From: Botryllus schlosseri
Taxonomy: Eukaryota
DNA length: 64,000 nucleotides
Assembly (NCBI GenBank): GCA_051294905.1
Contig: CM119372.1
Span: 1,924,001-1,988,000, forward strand
Direction of reading: 5' to 3'
Shown here: positions 24,811 through 37,644 of the stretch, in pieces
How positions within the stretch are numbered: the first letter of the stretch is position 1
Layout: the number at the start of each line of letters is the position of its first letter
Notes under the pieces: generated by a model
What the model saw: the letters and a program-made list of their open reading frames with translations, nothing else
Told to the model about the DNA's origin: nothing
The model's database searches: none
Translations under genes and position numbers: made by a program

Positions 24811-27800
24811 TATGTGGCCCGCGAGAAGGCTTTGAGTAGCCCGCGAGCTAATTTCACATTATATTATCGAAATTCTGTGATATTATCGAAATTGAATTGC
24901 TCAGATTGTGAACTCGCTAGGCCAACCAAAAATATGATTAGTCTAGCCGCGGCACTTGGGATGTTATTGATGACTGGACTAAATTATCAGTTTCGACGCA
25001 TTGGCAGATCCAGGGTCCAGTCACATCTTAGTAAACCGTCGTATATTACAATAAACTAAAAAAGCATTTTACTCCGTGCCACAGCATTAAAATTCTGATG
25101 CAGTGTTTTAACACTGGCACTGTACTCATTACCATTACCATACAGCTTAATTCAATCTTTAAGTGTGCGATTATTATTCAACTTTAACCGTAGTAAGGGC
25201 AAAATGGGCGGACATAACGACGTGATCAATAGAAATTCGATTTGTACCAAATGGCCATTGGTTTGACGTTCGATATTGGTGCACTCGTTACCAGTCCATC
25301 CGGTGTCGATCAAGTTTATCGGAATAATATTTTCCCGTTGAAATGAATCGAATAAACACTGTGCCGTTGCGGTGAAAGGAGCTGTCTGTCCGATATTCTG
25401 CGATGGTATATACAGCAAGTCCGTATGTTACGGATGGCGGCTTCCAATATCCTTAGCTGGCAGTAGCGGATACGAACGTCCTGCGTGTAGCTCTTGACCG
25501 GTAGTTCAATATACGACAATTGCCTTTTCCATATGTATTGGACGGATGGTTACTTCAAGCAGTAGGTTATACGGCGTACATGAGTCTCATATCGAAAGGG
25601 ACTAATATGCGATCAGTTATAACTATGCGATAAGTCACGTGATGTAGTATTTCTCCATACAGATAGGAGAGAGGGGGCTAGAGCTCCCACACCGTGCACA
25701 TTGCGCCATGCCCATAACGAATTAAACTATGCAGTATGCACATTACACATTTACAAGTTTACGAAACAGATGATTACAAATTGGAAATCGCGTATCAAAT
25801 CAGTAGTTTGTCTCCAACATAGAATACTATGGGGTTTTGGCCTATTCTTCTGCCATCCCCTATTAAGCTCGAAAATCCTTACTGGAGATGACAATGATGC
25901 GCAGTAACGAATTGCAATTAGCATGCATAATTGCATACTCGCAATAACACTGTCCACTTTCGCGGCCCGACTAAAGAACTATCACGAAAAAACGAGTATT
26001 TGCTTATCCGATTCATAGCAATGATGAGACGGAATTTCTCGGCTCGTGCTCGTCATATCGGCATTTGCAACAAAATCACGTTTTTATCCTCTCTCATATT
26101 TCGCGTAATACATAGTGATCATTATTTTCGAACCGTATACAATTGGCCAACAAGGTTGTGCTGATGATGAAATTGCGGGTATGCCGAATACCCACAATAT
26201 TCACAGGCATATGTCGCATACCGAGGTTCGGCACTCATATATAAAAATTGAACATACCACTGCTCTGCTTTTAAACCCCCAGGAACATGGTTAGTAAGAA
26301 AAGATTCGAAATATCGCGAAGGCCTGCTGTTGAATTCGGTGAACGTAGCAGATACGGTTATTGCATATATAATAGCATCTTATGAAATACGTCGGAGCCG
26401 GAGCTACCCCTCAAATAACTGGCTCCAGCTCCAGCTGAATTTTATATAGAGCTCCGGTAAAAATGCACGGCTCCGGGGCTCCAAAGCCGTTTCACACTAT
26501 ACGTATGTAGTATGGTTACCATATTTTGAGATCCGAAATAGAGGAAAGTTATAAAAAAATAAGTAAAAGCTATAATACCGGAGAATACGAGTGATCTCGA
26601 AATAGTTTCGAGTAATAGTATTGGGTTGAACGAAAATTGTGAAAAAGTAAATTTTTCCGAACTCGCTCCCGGAGTAGGCTACCCATCGAGCAGTATTTTT
26701 CGTTTCTTTTCTAGCCAACCCTGGCGTTCCAACACTTTCTCTTTAAAGAGGGCAAATTCCGAAACAAAGGACATTTGAGCGTCCTCCAGGAAACTTTCAA
26801 TTTATTGAAAAAAGGAGGGCATATGGCAACCATACTATATAGTCCTCTTGTAGCATTTTCAGGAAAACCAGTAATTAGATTCGAATTAGAATAAGAGCAA
26901 TTCAGCATTGTCATATTTCACTAAGTAGATTAGATTACCGGGATTTCGCTTCAATTAGTCGAATTATAAAACAAGTCAGGTTAGGCTTTCAATGGAAAAT
27001 GGCAGATGGTGATATGACTGCAATTATTTCATTCATATCGGGAGTCGAATAAAAGTGACGACCTTATTTTTTTATCATAAAATTAACGGAAAAAGCGGTT
27101 AATTCGGGAGTCGAATCGAATTGATGAACTTTTCTTTAGTCAACCAACTACGAACTCATAAATTTACCAATTTTTCCTTCTGTATTTTAAGAATTTTAAG
27201 TGTCTTCTTTTGAGATTTCCAATATATGGTAGGGCTACCATACGTCCACTTTCAAGAGATTCGTCCTGACGTCCTCTATTTAGAAAGTGTCCTCGGAGGA
27301 CGCCCAAATGTCCTCATATTTGAGATTTTATCCTCTTTTTTGAGAATTTAGGTTAAATATATGGCAAAATAGAATTGGATACTGTAAATCCGGCGAGTAT
27401 TTTGGGAGCTTGGCCGGAAAGTTGACTTTTTTTCATTCTTAGTCAAGCACCTGATAACGCGTAAGAAAAACCGTATTTTGGGCGATTAGCGAGAAAGATT
27501 CCCTTTTTTTAGTCAACCGACCACGCAGTGGGAAAAATTTACCATTTATTCAGGATTCACCCCCCGATTTTCAAGTCTGAAAACTTTGAAAAAGTGTCCA
27601 CTTTTCAGATTTCGACAATATGGTAACCCAAGTTAACCATAAGTCTCTGGTCTCTTTTCCCAGCCGCTCCGGCTAATAGTTCTACCTTGATAAAAATTGA
27701 AATGATGTGACTTGTACACCAAAGGAAAGAATTTATTAGCTGCTAAAGGTTTTGCACACTTTCGCCCATTGTAATACCACATCATATACAGATCGCGGTA

Positions 27801-29713
27801 CCCTTCAAATGTTCAACTCGCCAAGCAAGTTATACCATAACGAGGATTTCCTTATCGCTATGCGTCCTAGGCCTTTGACGAATTCGATGCAGGTGAAAGC
27901 AGCCTTGGCCTCTTTGGGGAAGTCTTGGTTGTACCGTCCCGGAGCTTCATTTTTCTCTTGGAGGCCTGCGACGTCGCTGGGGCTGGGCTTTCTTGACCCA
28001 CAAGTCCCGCTGTCGTAGATGTTCTGAAAACATGAGCGTCCTTTCAGGTACAGAGGAGAGGCATCCGTCCAGGTAAAACCCACGGGCGTCAAGGTGGTGT
28101 CATAAATATCGCTTCGTTGACAATATAGAGTCAATACTACGTTTTGATAGAAATATTGGTGTTGGCAATTTCCACGACAAAACAGCACGGTAGTAGGAGT
28201 CAGACAGCTATAATCTGTGACTGTTACACTGCGAATATTGATATTTCTTGTACGGTAGCTTACAGGAGTTCAGAAGCAGCCATTCTAGTACATTTCATGT
28301 CCATTGTCCACACATGAAAATAGGCGTAAAGGTGTTCAAATTAATGCTCTCAAGTTTTGGAAACGCACCCTACGCTAGATGTCGTATCTTTTTAATAATT
28401 GAGTGAATATATCGGAGTAAACGGTGAAGGTGCTAGTCATCGAAAATCTGTTTGGGTTACTGTCAGATTTGCTACTAATAATAATAGCGATTGATTCAAC
28501 ATCGTTATGATTAGCACATAGGCTCTTAAACTAGGGTCCGTGAATCCGTTGAGGGTCGGCAGACTACGTCAACGTGTCCATGAAAGGCAAATGAAAATCT
28601 TACGATCTATTCCAGTGGTGCGGACCCCAGTTTAAGAAACCATGTGCTAGAACTTCGAGTAGAGTTAGATAATCACTCTTTTTTGCACTTGCTAATTGGA
28701 CAGACTCTATTCAGTCTATTGCAAATGACACTCTGCTTGAGATGCCCATTGTTCATTGACTCACTACTTCGAATGCCTAGCGATTTTTCGCCTAGCTGAT
28801 TTCTTTTTATAAGAAATCCCAATTCGAATTGCAGCATTATAATTATTTTATTAGTTATTGATTAATAAACCTAATGCATGTACCCTTCACATGCACTTGG
28901 TTGTGCCACTAGGAATAAATATCTCCCCAGGCCTAGCAATAGTTGAATCGGTTGACTTTTTATCCAGATTCACGAACGCATACCGGGGATATGACAGGAG
29001 TCTAGATATCTCCGATGCATCCAAACTTCAAATAGCTTGTGCCAGATATTGTTATTGAAATATGATGTGTCATGTCCATATCTCCAGTTTACCACTGCTA
29101 CACCCTACAAACATCACTGTGCTTCTTATTGAGCTAACTTATGAGAATGATGTAATCGACTTAAACGGAAGGTTAAATTTCGGGCTACTTGGGTTCCAAT
29201 ATTTTCAAGTATGAATTGATAAAACTAAGTCAAAAAATAGTCAGTTAATGAATAGGGAGACGCACCAGATAAAAGAAAGTGTCCACAAATAAACTCCTTC
29301 GGTAAATGAAGAATGGATTACAAATCAGATTTGTAGACAGATAGGTGGACACTGTACAGGCCTACATTCATAAATCCTAACCCACACACCTTTTTTCTGA
29401 ATGCGATGGAGTGGCTTTGGCTTTTCGCAGAACTTTCACAGCCTGGAAAAGCATTAATTAACCATTTCAGCATAAAAACACATAGAAAACAGTTCTACAA
29501 ATAAAACTCCCATATGGAAGACAGATATATAACGAATAGAAGATTGAATCGAACAGGAGGCGTGCAATAAGCGAACACAACGTCTGAAATAAAGACTAAT
29601 GAACTAGTGAAATACATGTGACAAAACGTTTGTGGAAAGTAATTTATTTGAAGAGCTTCTTGGAGGTACAGAAATTTAATATACAATTGACTAGTATATT
29701 CATATTGAAATGA

Positions 29714-29747
29714 ACCCGAATATTTTCGGCTGACACTCGTCAGGGGT
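29714..29747 (-). ncRNA. Minimal type-I hammerhead ribozyme (identical copy)
   Basis: Same 34-nt motif, within repeat 29650-29860. Confidence 0.72.
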
Positions 29748-30031
29748 AATCGTCAGCAACTAGAGGAGAATTGGAAAGAACATTGTATATCAACAATCGT
29801 ATTAGCCGAAAATATTCGGGTTCATTTCAATATGAATATACTATTCAATTGTATATTAAAGTAATTTATGATGACAAACCAACAACGCAGCCAGCAAAGT
29901 ATTCTCCATGGTCATATGCTAGGCTTGGCAGTTGGCATGTCAGGGTTTCAATTTTGGCAACAAGTCTTAACCCTATCTCCGCGGTCGGCCTCGAGTCCAA
30001 ATTTTACCGCTCTCACGAAAAAGATCATAAA

Positions 30032-30114
30032 ATCCGAACAGTGGGACTTGAACCAACACCCAATATATCGTTGTAAGCAGGAAACAGCTGCCTAACCAAC
30101 TGAGCTACTCGGAT
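30032..30114 (-). pseudogene. tRNA-like sequence (tRNA pseudogene or SINE head)
   Basis: Minus strand A-box TAGCTCAGTTGG, B-box GGTTCAAGTCC, pairing ends ATCCGAG/TTCGGAT; the anticodon arm does not fold cleanly. Confidence 0.55.
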
Positions 30115-33100
30115 TGATCAGCTGGGAGAGCTGAAAGCGCTATGAGAAGAAGTGTTTCAGGTTTTGAAAAATTAGAAGAGAATTTTGTTACTGAATTTGC
30201 CTTTACGTCATACATAGACGCTCTCGGGGTGAAATCATCGCCTGACTGATTTCACAGCAATATCACCTTTCTAAAATGTCCTGAGTGAGCTTCATACCGT
30301 AACACAGTCGAGTGTGAAGGCCGTTTATGTAACACGTGCTCAACGTCGCGCATCTTGCAAACGAGGCTCACACACGCGGCGCGCGTTGTTTTGATAGTCT
30401 GGCCGTCACAATATCATTGTATATAATCGGTAATTGCCTATCAATCAGTTGTACGATTTATTGCTATGCGTTGAAATAAACCTTGCTCTTTGAACAACAA
30501 CAGATGAATCCATGGTGGTTGAATTGACCGGTAGTGATAACCTGCAACTCCTCCATGCTTCCTCAGGCACAGATATGCCGTCAATATGGTTTATTGTGTA
30601 TCGCATGCGCATCGCGGCATATATATTCAAGTAAAACGATATATTTACGTTTGGCACAATACAATATATTTCAATCATAAGTGGAATACTGACAAACTAC
30701 ACTGCTCAAGGATAACATATATAAAACGGATGATTCAACTGTCTGTATGATGTTGGTATTACAGGCGCGAATACCGTACACTCGCGCCAACTTCCACACC
30801 CATGTCTGCAGTGGTTAGCACTGGCTTCGCGTAACTTATATACGATCAACCTTCGTGATACTGATCTTGTTGAAGTGTTATGGACTGCATCTAACTATGT
30901 GTGTGACATTCAACTGTGTAAGACAATCGTAAGTGAATGTATATGGCCTTATGTGCCAATGCTCATACGTGCGCGGCATTTTTCACGTAACAGAACATTG
31001 CTATATTTCTCATCAATTTGAAGAGTGTTCTATCCAACTAATTGCCGATATTATGGTTGAAATGAACTCTTGCGATCAACAACTACTCTAAAACGACAAC
31101 TGTGTCTGCTTACGACGTGTAGAACGGAAGATGTAAGGAATTATAAGATTAGCGTTCATTCAGGCGAACTGAGCTACACATTGTATTTTGCGGGAAACGT
31201 TTTTCTGTATTCAATCTGCATTTTGAACAGGTTATGCCATAAGGCAATGGTTTATATATAGCTGGTCGTATGCGTATCGACAATCGCTATTTCTAGACGA
31301 TCATTGTAACCGTTTACGACCCCTACAACGCAAGATGTCGTTAATTGATTGAAGCGTGTTTGTGAAAAACTGTGCATGGATCCTATAGGATCCACCCGCG
31401 GGGAAAGGGATAAATCCCTGGATTGGGATTTTCAGATGATCAACAAAGTAGGAAAATAAACATGCATCAACAGAAATCCCATTGATTTATTGTAATACTT
31501 ATTCATCCGTACAGGCCACTACATAGGGTAGCTTGTACAGGAATTGGTTCGTTGGTTAAAGTAAGGAAACTGTATAGACCAGACTGATTGGTTCTAGTTG
31601 GCCATCCATTTTCACAGACAAATTTTCAACAGTGAACTGCACAGGATGAACCTTTGTAACACTGATTGAAGTGCAAGCCATGACTTGTGAGATATATAAT
31701 AATTCTTCAGCATAAAAAATTGAACATGCCTCGTTCAAAACTCTTCTCATTAATAGTTAATGTATATTGCTTGTGCGCATCCAAGTTGGATAATTTCTCA
31801 ACAAGCGATTGATGTCGATTTCAGTATTTAATAAACTTGCAGGCCTATGACGTTTCATCTATACCAGCTGAATACGGAACAATTAATTCTGCCATTCAGC
31901 AAGTTTCCAAATGTACCTTTGTAAAAGGACCTAATGCACCTGTTGAAAAGTCATTGAAAATTAAGTGAACCTATTCAAATCTGAAGCTGTATGATGCTGA
32001 AGAACGATGAAAAATCATATATAAGGCGAAGACAGTTATTTTTACCGGTATGGCATTATAATTCGAGTAAATGATTACAAAGACCCGTTGGAATTATGAC
32101 TTAGGCCAAGTACTTGCGAGTATGATGGTGGATTGAGGGAAGTAGCAAGATCTGATTGGTCAAGAAAATCCACAGGCAATCCATGTTCCAGAGCTACCAT
32201 CTTCAACAATCCCTGTGTCAGCGTGAGCATGATTGCGTACTTTTCCCCCACTGACTCGCGATTCTGTCATCAAAATAAAAAAGTAATTTTTGTAAGTAAC
32301 AATTTATTCAACTCTGGTTCGCATTTATAGTATACTAATTTTACCCACTTTTAGCGGTTTCTGGTCGCATTTTCAAGTACCGGTATCAATAGACGAAATC
32401 CCAATAGGGCGGCTACTTTAATATTCTTCGAAATTACAATGAAATATAGGTCTTGGCCGTCCGAGTCTCGAGTCATATGACATGGTTCGAGTCATGTGTA
32501 ATGACTCGAGTCCAAGTTGAGTTGATACACAAAATGACTCAAACGAGTCATTTCCTTATTTTGAGAAATTGACTCAAGTCAAGTCGAGTCATCAGAATAT
32601 CGTGACTTGGGTCATTACAACCCTAATAAAATTATTTAGTTAGCTACCGCAATAAAATTACAATTCATTGATTGCTGTTAAGCATCATGCTCCAACTGTC
32701 ATCTAAGATCACTCATTAAACACGAACGCAAGGCATGAGGACATTCAGGTAATCCAGGGATATCTATAGATATCTCTAGGTAATCTTATAGCTGGCGATC
32801 GGAGCAAAAATTTACTAAAATTGGTCTTAATTATAAACTACTGTCGCACTGATTTTGAAAATAGAGATTAAAATCGGGTTAGGGCACTGCAAGATATTTG
32901 ATAATATTACACCCTAATCGCAAAGTGCAAGATGTTGAAGGCTTGTCACTTCATGAAAGAAAGACATCAAGTTTCGAACTGATTCAAACTCCACCATTCC
33001 TGTGATTCACATAATTGTGACATGGCATTAGAATCGGTAACATGTTCACACCGTCGCCGGTGACAACATACGAGTGACAACTTTGAGCCGTCTCTGAATC

Positions 33101-33314
33101 GTGCAGTTTACATCAGTGGTTCTCAACCTATTTTGCCCTCGCGGACCGGCAGATTTCAACTCAGAATTTTTTTATAAAATCAATACACCAGGGTTGTAAG
33201 GACTCAGTCATGACTAGACTCTACTCTACTCGCGATCTCCTGATGACTCGATTTGACTCCAGACATTTATCAAAATACAGAAATGACTTGACACGATCTA
33301 AGCTGTGTATTGAC

Positions 33315-33942
33315 CAGGGTTGTGGCGTCGGTAAATTTTACCACAGACTCCGGACATTTTCGTTATACCAACTCCCACTCCGACTTCTGAGTGTTTAAAC
33401 GTACCGACTCTGAATTGTTTCATTGTGGCACAGCTCGAATTATTCACTATGCAATTAACATGAAGGAATGCCTTTCTAAATATCCTTCATTTTTTCATAT
33501 TTTTATAACATGGACTGTCTAATATCCAAATATGTATGAATCATTAAAGCATTGCATATATTCAATCCTTGAAGAGCTTCTTGGAGGTACAGAACTTCAA
33601 TATACAATTGAATAGTATATTCATATTGAAATGAAGCCGAATATTTTCGGCTGACACTCGTCAGGGGTAATCGTCAGCAACTAGAGGAGAATTGGAAAGA
33701 ACATGGTATATCAACAATCGTATCACAAAATATGACGTCACCAGCATGAAAGAGAGAGCGTTCAATGTACTATTTTTAGGTGGTACACGTCATTTTCACA
33801 AACTCCGACTCCAATCAGTATTTTTTCCACGACTCCGACTCCAGCCACTATAGTATTCACAACTCCAGACTCCAAGACGTGCTAAAAAGAGACTCCGATT
33901 CCATTAAGTGAGAATTTGCCAAACTCCGACTCCACAGCCCGG
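33315..33942. mobile_element. MITE with ACTCCG repeats nested in another MITE
   Basis: TIR CAGGGTTGTGG / CCACAGCCCGG, TSD GTATTGAC/GTTTTGAC; empty site at ~36381 in the duplicated segment. Confidence 0.75.
33635..33668 (-). ncRNA. Minimal type-I hammerhead ribozyme (one stem I mismatch)
   Basis: Same motif ending GGCU instead of GGGU, within repeat ~33570-33745. Confidence 0.6.
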
Positions 33943-34876
33943 GTTTTGACTTGACTGGAACTCGACTCGAGTCACCGACGGCCAATACGGACATGTCATT
34001 GTATTTTCGAAGAATAGTAAAGTAACCGCACTGTTGGTATTTCGCCTATTGGTACTGGTACTTGAAAATGCGACCAGAAGCTGTTAAAAGTGAGGAAAAT
34101 GAGTATATTTTAAATCTAAACTACTTGATATCAACAAACAAGACATTAACTCGAAACTGATCAGTCAACACAATGACTTGGAGTTGGATTCGAGTCATAA
34201 TACCATGACTCAGACTCGACCCTCTGCTCGCTGACTGACAGAATGGGAGCAATAGTTTAGTAGTTTACATTCAGCGAACATTAACTGTGCCAAACAAGTG
34301 AAGATTCGCTTAATAGTTACGCAGCTGAAGACTAGAAACGCCATTACGATACCAAACAATAAAACTTTGCCACTGGTTACCCAGCAAAGACAGATTTACG
34401 GAGTAATAAGATTACCGATCCGAAATCTTCTTTAAATGCTAAGCAGTACTTGAAAGAACTGATGAACATTGCTTTATGATTTGCAGCTGGTGCATGAAGC
34501 ACGTCTGCCCACCCCTGATATATGCCAAGGACGCACGCGCACGGCGAGGTAGAATAATTTATACATTGTTATCCTAAAGATGTTGCTATACTCTTGATTG
34601 AGTAGATTTTTAATCTAAGGACGGAGGTGGAAGAGTTCATCATTGCTATTACTGCGCACATAGTCGCTAGCTTTGCGACACAGGCCGTGAGTAGGTTTGG
34701 GCGAAGGTGATGACCAGATTTTAGTAATCAGCACACCAAATTGGAGAGTTGACATCGCGGACAATTTTCAAATCGCAATTTGGGGTCGCGACCGAAAAAA
34801 GTTTAGGAACCCTGATCAAACAGAATGGACCTCAATGTTGACTACTACAAGTGGCAACAAAATTATTATCGCTCAC

Positions 34877-37644
34877 ATTCCACTTGAATCGAAGATTTTC
34901 ATATGCCTTCTTCAATACATCCCTATCCTTCTTCATTAAATCCTTTTCCTTCTTCAATACATCCATGTCCTTCTTCAATACATCCCTTTCCTTGATCAAT
35001 ACATCCCTTTCCTTCTTCAATGCATCCCTTTCCTTCGTCCTCGTTTCCAAACAATCTTCAAGCTTATGGTTCTCCAACACCAACTTTCCCACTAGCGATT
35101 GACACTAGGAAAAGAAACCATAAATATGACACTGCGGGCGCATCGACGATATTTTCGCACTTGCTGCAAATCCTTTTTCAACTCGCAAGCATTCAACTTG
35201 TTCTGCTGCTTGTTCACGTTCATGTATATCTTCGGAACCACCTGTCAAATACATTGTATAAAATTCACGGTATTAACCAAGTCACAAGTCAATCTCACTT
35301 TTATAGTTTTGACTCGAGTCAAGTCGAGTCATTTTCAATTCACCACCGAGTCCAACTCATCGAGCAGAGAATCGAGTCTGAGTCATGGTATTTATGACTA
35401 GAGTCCGAGTCCAAGTCATTGTGTTGACTGCTCAGCTTCCAGTTAAAGTCTTGATAAACCCACTTTTTATAACTCTGTTTGATGATATGGAATCGTTCGT
35501 GTTCATGGCGTAACATACCGTACTAATTTTCCTCACTTGATCATCAGTTTCTGGTCGCATTTTCAAGTGCCAGTACCAATAGACGAAATCCCAATAGCGT
35601 GGTTACTTTATTAGGCTATTCTTCGAAATTACAATGAAATGACCGCCTGAATCTCGAGCCATATGAATTGGTTCGAGTCATACGCAAGTCGAGTCATTTT
35701 TTTGTTGTTGAGAAAATGACTCGAGTCAAGTTGAGTCATCAAAAAATCGTGGCTGCAGTCGAGTCATGACTAGAGTCATTACAACCCTGATTAAATTATT
35801 TAGTTAGCTACGGCAATAAAATTACTATTAATAGATTACTGTTGAGCATCATGCACCAACTACAATCTAAAATCACTCATCCAACATGAATTCAAAGGAT
35901 GAGAACATTCAGGTAATCCAGGGATATCTAGATAAACGTAGCTGGCATTCAGAGCGAAAAATTGAATAAAACTGGTCTTGATCGAAAGCTACTGTCTTAC
36001 TGATTTTGAAAATAGAGATTAAAATCAGGTCAGGGCACTGTAAGATATTTGATAATTTTACACCTTAATTGAAAAGTGCAAGATGTTGAAGGCTTGTCCC
36101 TTGATAAACTCCGCCACTCCCGTGATTCACAGATTTGTGACACAACATTAGACCTGGTAGCATGTTCGATTCGACTATTAAGTTCACACCACGAGTGACA
36201 ACTTTGATCTGTCTTAGTTTACATCAATGGTTCTTGACCGTTTTTGACCTCACGGACCGGCAGATTTTAACACAGAATTTTTTTATCTAATCAATACACC
36301 AGGGTTCTAATGAATCAGTCATGACTCGACTCGAGACATTTTCCCAGAATACGGAAATGACTCGACTCGAGTCAATCTGTGTATTGACTCGACTAGGACT
36401 CAGGAAATTGCACATGACTCAGACCAAGTAATATGACTCGAGTCTCAGACAGCCAAGACCAACATTTCACTGTAATTTCGAAGAATAATAAAGTATCCAC
36501 GCTGTTGCTATTTTGCCTATTGGTACTGGTACTTGAAAATGCGACCAGAAACTGTTCATAGTGAGGAAAATTAGTATATTTTTTAATGCGAACCACTCAA
36601 TATCACCAAATAGAGTTATAAAAAGTGGTTTTAACAAGACATTAACTCGAAACTGGGCAGTCAACGCAATGACATGGACTCGGACTAGACCCTCTGCTCG
36701 CTGACTTGCACTCGACTTCGTGGTGAAGATAAAATGACTCGAGTCAAAACTATAAAAGAGAGATCAACTTGTAACTCGAGGACTCTTCTGACTTGTTACA
36801 ACCATGCAATACATCACAAGATTGCCTTGTAATGAAAAGAGGGTGCCGAAACTAGTTGGAGTAGGCTACCGGGTATCGTTTTTTAATCAGATACCCGCCA
36901 TGGCCTACAGCAGGTAAAATTTTCTTCTAACTTGTCTCTGTCTGTGCAACACCACTCTACCAGCCTAGTACAAAATTCGATCAGTTTTATTGGTGTCAAT
37001 GTTTGGAACAAGCTGCCACCTAATCTCCGCAATTTAGACTCTAATGCATTTAAAAAACAATATTTTCATTCTCTTATCTCTAACTACGGCTGAATTGTAT
37101 TTGCATGGTATTTCGAATTGGTCCATGATACTGTTACTATGTCTTATTTTTCTTTTCGTTCGGTACCGGTAGGTAATTTAATTTTTTGTTTATTAGCTAT
37201 CAACTTTGAAAATTGCTTCTGTCCTGGGTGGCTCGACTCTGAAGACTTTGTCATATCGAGCTTCCCGTCTACCTTGCATGTCGCATTTCACTGTTGCATT
37301 TTTGTAGTGTAATGTTGATGCGTAATGTATACGAATAAAGATTCTCTCTCTCTCTCTTACCGAGATTACTGGCAAGAACAGGCATCGTCTCCAAATAAAT
37401 GCTGTACCTGACTGTCATTCAACTGTGCTCTGCATTGTGGACAGGTTTTACGCGGTCCACAGTCCCTCAACCACCGCGAAATACACTCTCCGTGGAACAC
37501 ATGCCCGCAAAACGTTACACTGATGTTCTAAATACAAAAGAGAAGACGGGCGATTTGAGTACACACTGCAATGACCAACAACACTTTAGAACAAACCTGA
37601 TCAGATGAATACGAAATAGTGCAGATTGCACAGTTTCCTTCCAT
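34877..37644 (-). CDS. RING-H2 E3 ubiquitin ligase with coiled coil, TRAIP-like N-terminus; 3' exons unresolved
   Basis: Exons 37644-37597, 37527-37408, 35241-35161, 35104-34877 (all phase 0, GT-AG) give MEGNCAICTISYSSDQNISVTFCGHVFHGECISRWLRDCGPRKTCPQCRAQLNDSQVVPKIYMN..., a C3H2C3 RING followed by a heptad-repeat coiled coil (KERDVLK-like). Confidence 0.8.
36880..37357 (+). mobile_element. 5'-truncated CR1/L2-type LINE in intron 2 of the RING gene
   Basis: SISFIGVNVWNKLPPNLRNLDSNAFKKQY..ISNYG*, followed by a UTR, AATAAA and a (TC)n tail. Confidence 0.7.

Larger units (their letters stand above)
32290..36705. repeat. Diverged direct duplication (~32290-34235 vs ~35450-36705)
   Basis: Colinear MITE-unique-MITE segments, e.g. 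TTATTTAGTTAGCTAC at ~32632 and ~35796, and CAATACACCAGGGTT at 33181 and 36292. Confidence 0.8.

Noticed and set aside
30032..30114. Functional tRNA gene
   Set aside because: The D, anticodon and T arms do not pair properly; kept only as a tRNA-like element.
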